From a candidate division FCPU426 bacterium (GTDB lineage: Bacteria; Oederibacteriota; Muellerivitia; Muellerivitales; Muellerivitaceae), in the NCBI GenBank assembly GCA_963719085.1, contig CAVRAL010000001.1:576001-640000 (forward strand): a stretch of 64,000 bases of DNA. Direction: 5' to 3'. Numbering within the stretch: the stretch's first letter is position 1; each line of letters starts with the position of its first letter. Positions 20,573 to 29,618 of the stretch are shown in pieces. Both the position numbers and the translations under genes were made by a program. The notes below the pieces were generated by a model. It saw only the letters and a list, made by a program, of their open reading frames with translations, made no database searches and was not told the DNA's origin.

Positions 20573-21724
20573 TTAAGCGAGTGGTTTCTCGTAGATGCGG
20601 TATTTCTTGATGATTTTCCCGCCCATGGCCGCGATGCCGTTGTTGATGCCCTCGTTATCTTCCAAGGTCCAGGACAACTCGCCGCCCTTGATTTTGCGCT
20701 TATTGCCGGTCTTTAAGGCTTCCAAGTAAAGCACGGCTTCCAGGCCTTTTTTGCGGTATTCGGGGAGCACGCCCATGGCCATTTCCCGGGTATCGTCAAA
20801 CTTACAGGTGAGGAATTTCACTAGGGCGAAGGGATCGTGCCAGGAAAAAAGTTCCCCGTCCATCTTGATGAGCGCTTGGTTGACATCCGGAACCACCAAG
20901 TTAAAACCGATGGCCTTGCCTTCCACTTCGGCAAACACCACAAAGTCGGGCCAGACGATGTCCTTAAGTTTTTTGACCTGGTAATTAAACTCTTCGTCCG
21001 TCATCGGGACAAAGCCCCAGTTTTTCTCCCAAATTTTGTTGTAAAGCTCTTTCAAAATGGCGGCGTCTTCGTAAAGCTTTTTCATGTTGAGCGGACGAAT
21101 AGTGATTTTTTCCCGCTGTTTCGTGCGCTCGGCGATTTTGACGATGCGTTCGGGCAGCTCAATCTGGGCGCTGAGATACCAGGCGTAAAGATCCTTGGCT
21201 TTGGTCAAGCCCGCTTTTTGGGACAGGTCGTGGTAATAAGGCGGGTTATAGGTCATGGCGATGCGGGCGGGGGAGTCATAACCTTCCAAAAGAAACCCGA
21301 AATAATCGTCGTTCGAGGTAAAGCTGGCGGGGCCGCGCATGCTGGTCATTCCTTCGGCCTTGAGAAATTTTCCGGCTTCTTGGAACAAAGCTTGGGCCGC
21401 CGATAGGTCGTTGACACATTCAAACCAACCGAAGAAACCTACCTTCTCGTTCCAAAACTTGATGAAATTGTCGTCCACGCTGGCTGAGATGCGGCCCACC
21501 ATTTCGTTTTTATCGTCGTAAGCGGCGAAGAGGGCCACCTTGGCGTGCTTCCAGAAGGGGTTTTTGTTGGGGTTTAACAGGCTTCGTTGATCATCCAGAA
21601 AGGGAGGGACCCAGTTGGGATCTTTTTTACCGTCGGCGGTTTTATAGATTTTCCAAGGGAGATGAAGAAAGGCTTCCAATTCTTTTTTGTTTTCGACATG
21701 GATCGGCTTAACCGTGACGGCCAT
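20573..21724 (-). CDS. GNAT-family N-acyltransferase (YghO-like), candidate bacterial ceramide synthase bCerS
   Basis: DPNWVPP, VGRISA, GFFGWFEC, RGPASF, YNPPYY, NWGFVP, GVLPEYRKKG, LSWTLEDN; co-oriented downstream of spt-like gene; start set at ATG 21724 with AAGGAG RBS (track start 21739). Confidence 0.75.
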   Translation of the reverse strand: MAVTVKPIHVENKKELEAFLHLPWKIYKTADGKKDPNWVPPFLDDQRSLLNPNKNPFWKHAKVALFAAYDDKNEMVGRISASVDDNFIKFWNEKVGFFGWFECVNDLSAAQALFQEAGKFLKAEGMTSMRGPASFTSNDDYFGFLLEGYDSPARIAMTYNPPYYHDLSQKAGLTKAKDLYAWYLSAQIELPERIVKIAERTKQREKITIRPLNMKKLYEDAAILKELYNKIWEKNWGFVPMTDEEFNYQVKKLKDIVWPDFVVFAEVEGKAIGFNLVVPDVNQALIKMDGELFSWHDPFALVKFLTCKFDDTREMAMGVLPEYRKKGLEAVLYLEALKTGNKRKIKGGELSWTLEDNEGINNGIAAMGGKIIKKYRIYEKPLA

Positions 21725-21774
21725 GGCAAGCTCCTTCAAGAGAATGAGGTTTTATTTGATTCAAAAACCAGGGA

Positions 21775-22956
21775 TCAGGGAATCAATCCGTATTTTTTTC
21801 CAACTTTTTGAAAGCTTTCCAACACGTGGGTGAGTTGGGCGTCGGTATGGGTGGAAGTGTAGGACGTGCGGATCAAAGTTTTTTCGGACGGAACGGCCGG
21901 CGAGACGATGGGCGTCGCGAAGACACCCATTTCGCCCAGTTCCTTCGTGATGGCGAAGGTTTTCATGTTGTCGCCGATCATCAAAGGAATGATGGCTGAA
22001 TCGGTATTAAGCGTGTTCCAGCCCATGGCCTTAAATTCCGAGCGCATGCGCTTGATGATTTCCCAAAGACGCGTGCGGCGTTCGGGCTCCCGTTTGATGA
22101 TTTCCAGGCTTTTTAAAGCCGCGGCCGTATCGGCGGGGGACAGGCTTGCGGTAAAGATAAGTGGACGGCTGTTGTGCCGCAAATAATCGATCACTTTGTG
22201 GGTGGAGGCGATGAAGCCCCCGATGGAAACGAGGGATTTGGAGAAGGTTCCCATGACCATATCCACGTCTTTTTGGACCCCGAAATGGGCGCCGACGCCT
22301 TCGCCTTGCGGACCCAAGACTCCGATCGAATGGGCCTCGTCGACCATGAGCCGGGCGTTGTACTTTTTCTTTAATTCCACGATTTTGGGCAAGTTGCAAA
22401 TATCGCCCCCCATGGAAAAGACGCCGTCGGTCACGATCAGTTTGGGATCATCGGCATGGTTGGCCAAGACCCGTTCAAGCTCTTCCATGTTGCTATGCTC
22501 ATATTTGACTGTTTTGGCGAAGGAGAGTTTTTGGCCGTCCACAATGGAGGCGTGATTCTCCCGGTCGGAGATGATGTAGTCGCCCCGGTTGGCGATGGTG
22601 GAAAGCGCGCCCAGATTGGCCAAAAAACCCGTGGAATAAACCAGGGCTGATTCCATATGGACGTAATCGGCCAGTTTTTCCTCAAGTTCCACCCGAATAT
22701 CCAAGGTGCCGTTTAAGAAGGGGGAACCGGTGCAGGCGGAGCCGTATTTACGAACCGCCTGGACCATGGCTTCCAAGACTTCGGGGTGGGTGACCAGCCC
22801 CAGGTAGTTGTTGGAGCCGACCATGATCATTTTTTTGCCGCCGATGGTCACTTCGGTTCCCATTTGGGAGGTGTTAGGGCGGAAATAAGGATAGACGCCC
22901 GCCTTGCGGACATCGTCCGCGGCCGTCCAATTGTTCGCCTTGTCAAAAATGTCCAT
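21775..22956 (-). CDS. spt: PLP-dependent alpha-oxoamine synthase, probable serine palmitoyltransferase
   Basis: GVYPYFR, GSNNYLGL, GSPFLNGT, NHASIVDG, DEAHSIG, GTFSKS (PLP lysine); context with bCerS-like GNAT; start at ATG 22956 with GAGGTG RBS (track start 23013). BioF or Kbl not formally excluded. Confidence 0.75.
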   Translation of the reverse strand: MDIFDKANNWTAADDVRKAGVYPYFRPNTSQMGTEVTIGGKKMIMVGSNNYLGLVTHPEVLEAMVQAVRKYGSACTGSPFLNGTLDIRVELEEKLADYVHMESALVYSTGFLANLGALSTIANRGDYIISDRENHASIVDGQKLSFAKTVKYEHSNMEELERVLANHADDPKLIVTDGVFSMGGDICNLPKIVELKKKYNARLMVDEAHSIGVLGPQGEGVGAHFGVQKDVDMVMGTFSKSLVSIGGFIASTHKVIDYLRHNSRPLIFTASLSPADTAAALKSLEIIKREPERRTRLWEIIKRMRSEFKAMGWNTLNTDSAIIPLMIGDNMKTFAITKELGEMGVFATPIVSPAVPSEKTLIRTSYTSTHTDAQLTHVLESFQKVGKKYGLIP

Positions 22957-23024
22957 GACACCTCTTTTTTGAGTTGTGATCGTTTCGGGTTCCACGCTGT
23001 TTCCTTGCTTCAAAAGGTGCGGGC

Positions 23025-23054
23025 ATTATAAGATAGCGCCGCTATGTTAATCAA
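23025..23054 (-). promoter_or_regulatory. Putative sigma70 promoter for spt operon with a palindrome in the spacer
   Basis: Minus strand TTGATT-18 nt-TATAAT; palindrome ATAGCG-C-CGCTAT at 23033-23045. Confidence 0.5.
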
Positions 23055-23084
23055 ATTATTTACCCCCCAATTCCCTTAGTTTCC

Positions 23085-24068
23085 ATGAACTTTCCTATCC
23101 TTGTGACCGGCGCCAGCGGATTTGTGGGAGGCCATTTGGTCGAGGCGCTCACCCGTCAAAAAAAGAAAGTCAAACTGCTCGTCCGCTCTTCCAGCCGGCT
23201 GATTTTTAAACGTACCGCGAATCTTGAACTATGCGAGGGGGATGTCACCGACAAGCCGTCCGTCGAAAAAGCCATGCGAGGGGTTGAGACGGTCTATCAT
23301 TTGGCGGGTCTTTTGCGGGGGGCGAATTACGCCGATTACGAAAAGGTCAATGTCGATGGCACGCGGAATATTTGCGAGGCCTTCGCCCGCCAAAAGAAAA
23401 AGAACCGGTTGATTTACGTTAGCTCGCTTTCGGCCGCCGGACCCTCTGAAAAGAATGGCGCGTTGACCGAAGAAATGGCCCCCCGGCCCGTCAGTTTTTA
23501 TGGTCAAACCAAACTCGGCGGGGAAGAAGTGGTGCGGTCTTACCGGCGACGGATGAAAATAGTCATCCTTCGTCCGGGTGCGGTTTACGGTCCCCGGGAA
23601 AAAGACATTCTCGAATATTTTAAAATGGTGAGGCAAGGGTGGGTTTTGATTCCCGGCAAAGGGTCTTTGGAAGTCAGCTTTGTTTATGTGGCGGACTTGG
23701 TCCAGGCGATCCTTTTGGCCGGGAAATCCCCGAAGGCCCCGGGAAACACCTTTTTTGTCTCTGATGGGAAAAGTTACACTTGGGAAGATTACTCAGCGGT
23801 GATCGGGAAGGCCCTCCACCGCCCCTTCCGTGTTTTGCATGTGCCCATGGTTTTAGTCAAAGGTACGGGCTATTTGGCCGATTTAAAGGCCCGTCTTACC
23901 GGAAAGGCGTCCATTGTCAGTACGGATAAGATTAAAGAAGCGCCGGGCCCGGGATGGGTCTGCAGTAACGAAAAAATTGTAAGGAAATTGGGGTTTAGGC
24001 CCCGCTATGATATCGAGCAAGGCATCCGCCAATCGGTCGATTTCTATTTAAAAGCCGGGTGGATCTAA
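23085..24068 (+). CDS. NAD(P)-dependent epimerase/dehydratase-family (extended SDR) oxidoreductase, candidate ceramide reductase
   Basis: TGASGFVG, VYHLAG, YVSS, YGQTK (YxxxK), RPGAVYGP; divergent from spt. Confidence 0.8.
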   Translation: MNFPILVTGASGFVGGHLVEALTRQKKKVKLLVRSSSRLIFKRTANLELCEGDVTDKPSVEKAMRGVETVYHLAGLLRGANYADYEKVNVDGTRNICEAFARQKKKNRLIYVSSLSAAGPSEKNGALTEEMAPRPVSFYGQTKLGGEEVVRSYRRRMKIVILRPGAVYGPREKDILEYFKMVRQGWVLIPGKGSLEVSFVYVADLVQAILLAGKSPKAPGNTFFVSDGKSYTWEDYSAVIGKALHRPFRVLHVPMVLVKGTGYLADLKARLTGKASIVSTDKIKEAPGPGWVCSNEKIVRKLGFRPRYDIEQGIRQSVDFYLKAGWI

Positions 24069-24093
24069 GCCGAAAAATTTGGGGGAGACGACG

Positions 24094-25206
24094 ATGAAAT
24101 ATTTTCTTTTGGCTTTTTGCTTGTTGATGACGAGTTTCACCAAGGGTTGGGCCCAAGAGGGCTCCGTGGATTCGCTGCTTCCCCCCGACCACATTTTGGA
24201 GGATGTTCCCTGGCTGGACGATGGCGGCAAAGTGGAACAAAAGGGTCTTTTCAGCTTTGAGGATATCCGGGCGGTTGACTCAAAAGATTTACTTCTGATC
24301 TACCGCTCCTCGGACTCTTCCGAGGATTTGACCCAGCCTCATTCCCAAACCCTGGTGGTTTGTTTTTATAACCCGACCCAAAAAAAATATGAAAAAGCTT
24401 ATTCGGAAGAAGGACAGGAAATTCAATGGGTGAAAGTGGTGTCCGATATTTCGCTGAAAAAAAGCTTTCTTTTCGTGGACCGCTTGAACGCGGACGGACA
24501 GCAGGTTTTAAAGGCCTACGCCTGTTTGAATAATGTCATTCAGCCGGTTTTGGAAGCGCAAACAGCCCACGTTTACGCCGGCTTTTTGAACGATGCGAAG
24601 GGATTCTCGGTTCTCTGCTCCGACAAGGTCATCCCTCAAAGCGAGGCGGACGCGGAGCATTTGTTTAAGTGGAATGACGGGAAATCCCTTTTTGTGGAAG
24701 CGGCTTCCACGCCGGCGGATGGATGGATGGGTTCCTCGATCGCGGGCGCCGGATCGGTTGTGGCGGTGGCGACACCCGTCGCCTCAACTCCCCAGCCGGT
24801 CGCGGCCGCTGTAACGCCGCCATCAGCCGCGGCGACTCCGGTGGCCGTGATTTCAACTCCGGCCCCCGTGGCGGCTTCCACGGTGTCCAAGGATTGGTGG
24901 GGAACGCCTTTCGACGCCGCCGGCGCGTCGGCTAAGTTGGATAATGAAATTGTGCCGCAAGCCGTGAAGGCCGGACAAATGGCGGTCTTGGGCAAGAAGG
25001 CCAACGGCTTCTTCCAAAAGGCGCGCGAACAGGGCGTCAACGCGCCGGCGTTGGCCAAGATGAGGGCCGGTTACTACTTGGCGGTGGCCTCCACCCTTTC
25101 GGGGATGAGCCAGGATAAAGACGCGGCTTACTATTTGGATTTGGCTTTGAAGCTTGACCCGACTAATGCCCAGGCTCTGGATTTAAAAACGAAATTAAAA
25201 TCCTGA
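24094..25206 (+). CDS. Exported hypothetical protein with Ala/Thr/Pro linker and C-terminal TPR-like repeat
   Basis: Signal peptide [25 protein letters not shown] repeats; [25 protein letters not shown] before ATG 24094. Confidence 0.7.
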   Translation: MKYFLLAFCLLMTSFTKGWAQEGSVDSLLPPDHILEDVPWLDDGGKVEQKGLFSFEDIRAVDSKDLLLIYRSSDSSEDLTQPHSQTLVVCFYNPTQKKYEKAYSEEGQEIQWVKVVSDISLKKSFLFVDRLNADGQQVLKAYACLNNVIQPVLEAQTAHVYAGFLNDAKGFSVLCSDKVIPQSEADAEHLFKWNDGKSLFVEAASTPADGWMGSSIAGAGSVVAVATPVASTPQPVAAAVTPPSAAATPVAVISTPAPVAASTVSKDWWGTPFDAAGASAKLDNEIVPQAVKAGQMAVLGKKANGFFQKAREQGVNAPALAKMRAGYYLAVASTLSGMSQDKDAAYYLDLALKLDPTNAQALDLKTKLKS

Positions 25207-25229
25207 GGGTTCTGGCTTCGGCGCGCAAT

Positions 25230-25260
25230 AAAAAAGCCGCAGACTTTGGGTCTGCGGCTT
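25230..25260. terminator. Intrinsic terminator (U-tract on minus strand, after tRNA-Leu)
   Basis: AAAAAAGCCGCAGAC-TTTGG-GTCTGCGGCTT. Confidence 0.8.
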
Positions 25261-25267
25261 AACATAA

Positions 25268-25351
25268 TGGTGCCCGAGGCGGGACTCGAACCCGCACGGG
25301 TTTCCCCATACGCACCTCAAGCGTACGTGTCTGCCATTTCACCACCCGGGC
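25268..25351 (-). tRNA. tRNA-Leu(GAG)
   Basis: 84-nt cloverleaf GCCCGGG...CTCGGGC-ACCA; anticodon arm TACGC-TTGAGGT-GCGTA; long variable arm; GGTTCGAGTCC T-arm. Confidence 0.97.
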
Positions 25352-25386
25352 CTGTCAATCAAGAAATCAGAGGTTGAGGGGAAGTC

Positions 25387-25414
25387 ATTATACTTAGCGA
25401 CTTTTGATTGTCAA
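25387..25414 (-). promoter_or_regulatory. Consensus sigma70 promoter for tRNA-Leu
   Basis: Minus strand TTGACA-16 nt-TATAAT, about 35 nt upstream of the tRNA. Confidence 0.85.
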
Positions 25415-25456
25415 CCAAGCCGGTTTTAGGTTTGATTTTTTGTTGAAGAGGTCTTC

Positions 25457-27796
25457 TTGGTCCTGAATGGTTTGTTATTTCTTATTTTGGCCGCGCTTGC
25501 CGCCGGAACGGGCTTTTCGGCGCTTCTTCCCTCACTCGGCGCTTTTTTCGACATTCCCTGGACACTGGATGTTTTTTCGAAAACTTGGGAATTGAAACTG
25601 GCCGCTCTTTTTTGGAGCGGGGGGATCGTATTGGGGCTGGCGGGTTGGACTGAAAGTTTTCGGATTTTTTTATTCGGGCATGACCGTTCTGCGGAAATAG
25701 GTCCCCTTTGTTTTGGCATCAGCTTGGCCGGGTTTTCCCTTTTTGTTTTCGGGTTAGGGGTGAGTGGAATCTTCTTTTCGCCCTTGGTGGTAATTTTCTT
25801 TTTTGTCCGCGTTCCGGCGGGCATGAGACTGCTGTCCGGACCCTGGTTTCACTCCTGGACGCCCGCGCAAAAAGGACTTCTTTTGGCGGGCTTGCTGCCC
25901 TGGTTTTTCGAGTACGCGTCCCCGCCCATCCTGTTTGACGCGGTTTTAGACCATTTTCGGTTCGCCGAAGAAGTCGCTCGCCTTCATCAAATCCCATTTC
26001 ATTGGATCAATCACACGGGTGATATCCCCAAAGGCGCGGAGTTAATCTGGGCGGGTTTTTGGGCCTTGGGCGGTGAAACGCTTGCCCATTTATTAAGCGC
26101 GCTTCCTTTCGCCGGACTTATCTATCTTGGGATGAGTCTGGCCCGTCGTCTTCAGCTTCCCGAATGGCCCGGTGTTTTTATTTTGGTGGCTTGTCCCTTT
26201 TGGATGGCGCTTTTTAGCTGGGGTTACGATGAAGGCTTGCTGGCTTTTTATGAGGTGTTGGCGCTTGTCGGTTTGATGATCGGGTTTGGGAAAAATAAGT
26301 CACCGGCGGGCTTGGGACTTTGTTTCTTTTTTCTCGGCGCGGCCCTGGGAGTGAAATACACGGCTCTATTCGCCTGGGCGGGAATCACGGCGGTATTCAT
26401 ATATCAGACGTTTTTTGAAAAGGACCGGGTCCGGTTTGACCTCCGATGGGTTCTTTTCGCGCTGATCCCTTGCCTGCCTTGGCTTTCGCGCGATGCGCTG
26501 GCCAATGGAAATCCCTTTTACCCCATGGCGTCCGCTTGGTTTGGGGGACCGCCGGGATACAATTCGTCCCTCGAGGCGGACCTCTGGCAGGATACGGGCC
26601 GGGGAAGCGCCGGACTGACTTGGATGGGTGCGCTCAAAACCCTTTGGGTTGATTTTGGTACCGGGCGAAACCAAGTGGGGGCGGTTTTATCCCCCCTTCT
26701 TTTAATGGCGGTTCCGCTTTGGGGAAGGCTTCGAAAATTTTCAACAGCGAGGTTTTTGTTTTTATTCGCAGTTGTTTTTTTTGGCGGCTGGATTGTTTTT
26801 TGCACCAACCTTCGCCATGCCGCCGGCGGGTTGTTGGCGCTCGCCCTTTTGTCCGGGTTAGCTTGGGCTTCGGTTTTTAAAAGTTCCCCCAAACTTCTGC
26901 GATGGGTTTTTGGTTTGGGTTTGATCGTTTCATTTTGGATGGTCTGGGTCGCCCAAATCAACACGACCCTGCCTTATGGATGCGCGCTGGGATTTCAAGA
27001 CCCCTTGACGCGGCTCAAAAGAAACTATGTCATGGATTTCGACACCTTTTCGGCTTATGAGGCGATTGAAAAGTCCTCCGCGGCCGTTGATAAGTCGATG
27101 GCTTTCGCCGTTTATCAAACCTATCCTTTGCGGCGGACCGCCTTTGTTGATTTTTTCTGGAAGCAGCCTATTTTTTTCAATTGGGTTTCCCAATGCCAAA
27201 CCGCGGGACAATTGGCCGAGAAATTAAAGCGGGAAGGGGTCGTTTGTTTTCTTTATCAAAGGTCGGAATCGGCTTTTATGTCGAAAAAAGAAAAAGATTT
27301 TCATTGGAGCGGAATGCCGATCGATGAATATACTCGCTTTTGGGAATATTACACCGAACCCATCGAGATTTTTGAGAACTCCTCGGTTTATCGGATCCTC
27401 GCGACGCCGCTCCCGGAGCCGCGGAAACTAACCGACTTGCCGGGACTGGAGGAAGCGGAAGGGGCGGCCTTGTTCGCGGACCAGCAGAAGGGGCAATGGC
27501 AAGCGGCCTACCAGACAGCGGCGGATTTGACCCGCCAGCGGCCCGAAATTGGATTTGGCTGGGAAAGACGGGCCTATTACGCGGGACGGTTAGGCGATTG
27601 GAAAGAGGCGGTGAAATCGGGTGATCGGGCGGAAGGGTTGGGGAGCGAAACTTTGGATTTGTGCGATACAATGACCTTGAGTTGGGTTCAATTGGGGCAA
27701 CCGAAGCTTGCGGTTTCCTGGAATGAAAAGCGCGAGGCTCGTTCTCGCTGGTTGGAGGGATTAAAGCTTGAATCCTTATCTTTTGAAGAGGAATAA
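25457..27796 (+). CDS. Polytopic membrane protein, GT-C/PMT-like glycosyltransferase candidate with C-terminal TPR-like region
   Basis: Many TM helices; PPILFDAVLDH loop, GVKYTA, GNPFYP motifs; helical C-terminus. Confidence 0.55.
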   Translation: MVLNGLLFLILAALAAGTGFSALLPSLGAFFDIPWTLDVFSKTWELKLAALFWSGGIVLGLAGWTESFRIFLFGHDRSAEIGPLCFGISLAGFSLFVFGLGVSGIFFSPLVVIFFFVRVPAGMRLLSGPWFHSWTPAQKGLLLAGLLPWFFEYASPPILFDAVLDHFRFAEEVARLHQIPFHWINHTGDIPKGAELIWAGFWALGGETLAHLLSALPFAGLIYLGMSLARRLQLPEWPGVFILVACPFWMALFSWGYDEGLLAFYEVLALVGLMIGFGKNKSPAGLGLCFFFLGAALGVKYTALFAWAGITAVFIYQTFFEKDRVRFDLRWVLFALIPCLPWLSRDALANGNPFYPMASAWFGGPPGYNSSLEADLWQDTGRGSAGLTWMGALKTLWVDFGTGRNQVGAVLSPLLLMAVPLWGRLRKFSTARFLFLFAVVFFGGWIVFCTNLRHAAGGLLALALLSGLAWASVFKSSPKLLRWVFGLGLIVSFWMVWVAQINTTLPYGCALGFQDPLTRLKRNYVMDFDTFSAYEAIEKSSAAVDKSMAFAVYQTYPLRRTAFVDFFWKQPIFFNWVSQCQTAGQLAEKLKREGVVCFLYQRSESAFMSKKEKDFHWSGMPIDEYTRFWEYYTEPIEIFENSSVYRILATPLPEPRKLTDLPGLEEAEGAALFADQQKGQWQAAYQTAADLTRQRPEIGFGWERRAYYAGRLGDWKEAVKSGDRAEGLGSETLDLCDTMTLSWVQLGQPKLAVSWNEKREARSRWLEGLKLESLSFEEE

Positions 27797-28160
27797 TTTG
27801 ATCAAGAGTCTTCTCCTTTCATTGTTTGTAGGCTTGTTCGCTCTTCCGCTGCGGGCGCAAACGGCGAGCTTTGCTTTGGATCATAATATTTTTCTGGCCG
27901 TCCCGGGCGCGGCCGTGACGACCACCTTTACCGCCAGTTATTCGGGCAAGGGAACCTTGGCGGTCTATAACACGGCGGGTGAAATCATCCAGACCTTGTT
28001 TCCGGCCAGTTCGGGAAACCAAGTGAACGCCAATCAAATTTATTCTGTGAGTTGGGACGGTAAAAACACAGCCGGTAAAAGTGTGGCGTCCGGAATTTAT
28101 ATTTTTCGCTTGAATTTAAACTTAGGCAGCTACGAAAAAAGGTTGATTGTTCTGCAATAG
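27768..28160 (+). CDS. Small secreted FlgD-Ig-like domain protein
   Basis: Signal peptide, then VYNTAGEIIQTL, WDGKNTAGKSVASGIYIFRL, KRLIVLQ; likely start TTG 27798. Confidence 0.75.
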   Translation: MNPYLLKRNNLIKSLLLSLFVGLFALPLRAQTASFALDHNIFLAVPGAAVTTTFTASYSGKGTLAVYNTAGEIIQTLFPASSGNQVNANQIYSVSWDGKNTAGKSVASGIYIFRLNLNLGSYEKRLIVLQ

Positions 28161-28162
28161 GC

Positions 28163-29488
28163 TCACTTTCTAAAACGGCCGTACCGCAGCGGGTTGGCCG
28201 GGATTCGGCACTCCTCGGCGATCCGCATGACGCCGATTTTTCCTTTTTTCCTCAATTCCAAAAGTTTGGCCGCCATCTGGGTTCGAAGTGCTTCGGGCGA
28301 GAGGGGATTAATGTAAATTTTGGTTCCCCCCTCAAAACCGGCTTGGTTGATCGTCCGCCATTTAATTAAAACGTGCCAGGGAATGGCCTGTTTTGAGTCC
28401 CGCGGCGAATAGTACCATTCCTCATTGCAGGGAATCAGATTGCCGGTGGCGGCGTGACAGGCATGGACTAAATCGGAAAAACCCCGTAATTCTTTGGGAG
28501 TGTGTTTTTCCGGCCTGACTTGGGCGCTTTTGGAATAAACCGCCAAGGTGGGATAGCGGTGCCCCAATTCACAAAGCGCCACCGCTTGCTTGTTTTCAGC
28601 CAGAATCAGGCCATGGTCCCTTGAAAAATTGACGATCAAATCGTTGTAAATGTTCGGCCTTTTTTTCACCGCTTCCAACTCGCGTTGAATGGAGGGCCCC
28701 CACTCATCCATGCCCACCAGTTGCTTATGAAGGTGATTGAGCGAGGCCCCCGCGGGTTGCAGCCAGTTTTGAAAAACGGATATATATCGGATCATGGGGT
28801 TCTGAGCGTAAAGGTCCGTCAAGGCGTCAAGGGTGAAACGGAAAAATTGAGCGTGTTCTTCCGGGGACATCTCGCCCGATGAATAGTATTGGTTGTCATT
28901 TCGAGCGTTGGGGATGTAGTGCCGGCCGGCGATGATGAGGTCGTGGGATCCGTAAAAAAACGCGTCCGCGCGGAAAAGTTTTTCTTTTTCGCTTAGCTGG
29001 GACAAATCCGCGGGTGAGTAGCCGGAGAAGGTGAGTTTGGTTTCGACGATTTTTAAGGCGTGGGCCAAGCCCACCGAGTCTTCGAGATAGGCTTTTTTGC
29101 GCCGGATTTGGGCGGGGGATGGCCGAAAACCGTGGTTTTTCATCCAGTAGTCATAGGTCACGATCTCAAAAAGATTCGCCACCCGTCGAAATACCGCCCG
29201 CGAGCCCTCATAAAGGCCGGGATTCAGATGGTCGATTTTTTTGTAGGAGCGATTTTTATTTTGAATCAGGCGGCTTTTTTCCGGCGGGGTTTTCAAATAA
29301 GACGAGCAACAAAAGTCGCAATAGTTTTCCTTTTTGACCGGACGAAGGGGTTGGGCGGGGGCCGCGGCGCGGCGAATGGGACGATGCGCCCGGGAAGGAA
29401 CGGTCCAGACTTCAGTCCCGCTCAGTGGATTGCGGTGTTTTAGCGTTCCATCGGGCAAGGTGTGATAAAAGTTTTGATTTTGGGTCAT
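28163..29488 (-). CDS. DUF4921-like / GalT-HIT-superfamily nucleotidyltransferase-like protein
   Basis: DGTLKHRNPLSGTEVWTVPSRAHRP, CDFC, FQNWLQPAGASLNHLHKQ (GalT-like HxH), AGFEGGTKIY. Confidence 0.7.
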   Translation of the reverse strand: MTQNQNFYHTLPDGTLKHRNPLSGTEVWTVPSRAHRPIRRAAAPAQPLRPVKKENYCDFCCSSYLKTPPEKSRLIQNKNRSYKKIDHLNPGLYEGSRAVFRRVANLFEIVTYDYWMKNHGFRPSPAQIRRKKAYLEDSVGLAHALKIVETKLTFSGYSPADLSQLSEKEKLFRADAFFYGSHDLIIAGRHYIPNARNDNQYYSSGEMSPEEHAQFFRFTLDALTDLYAQNPMIRYISVFQNWLQPAGASLNHLHKQLVGMDEWGPSIQRELEAVKKRPNIYNDLIVNFSRDHGLILAENKQAVALCELGHRYPTLAVYSKSAQVRPEKHTPKELRGFSDLVHACHAATGNLIPCNEEWYYSPRDSKQAIPWHVLIKWRTINQAGFEGGTKIYINPLSPEALRTQMAAKLLELRKKGKIGVMRIAEECRIPANPLRYGRFRK

Positions 29489-29618
29489 GTGTTGAAACCA
29501 TTGGATTCAAAGGCTTTGGGACGTTAGGATAGGATTGTAGCCAAACCTTGTCCAAGCCGCAACGGCCATCAAACCCAAGCCGGGCAGGGTCGGGATTTAT
29601 TCCGCCGGGAGCGCCGCA

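Noticed and set aside
21775..22956. Annotation as biotin synthesis BioF or glycine C-acetyltransferase Kbl
   Set aside because: No bio or tdh genes nearby; motifs and the neighbouring GNAT fit Spt better, though only phylogeny or assay can exclude these
25268..25351. tRNA-Leu as an integration site for an island
   Set aside because: No integrase and no duplicated tRNA 3' end seen in the window
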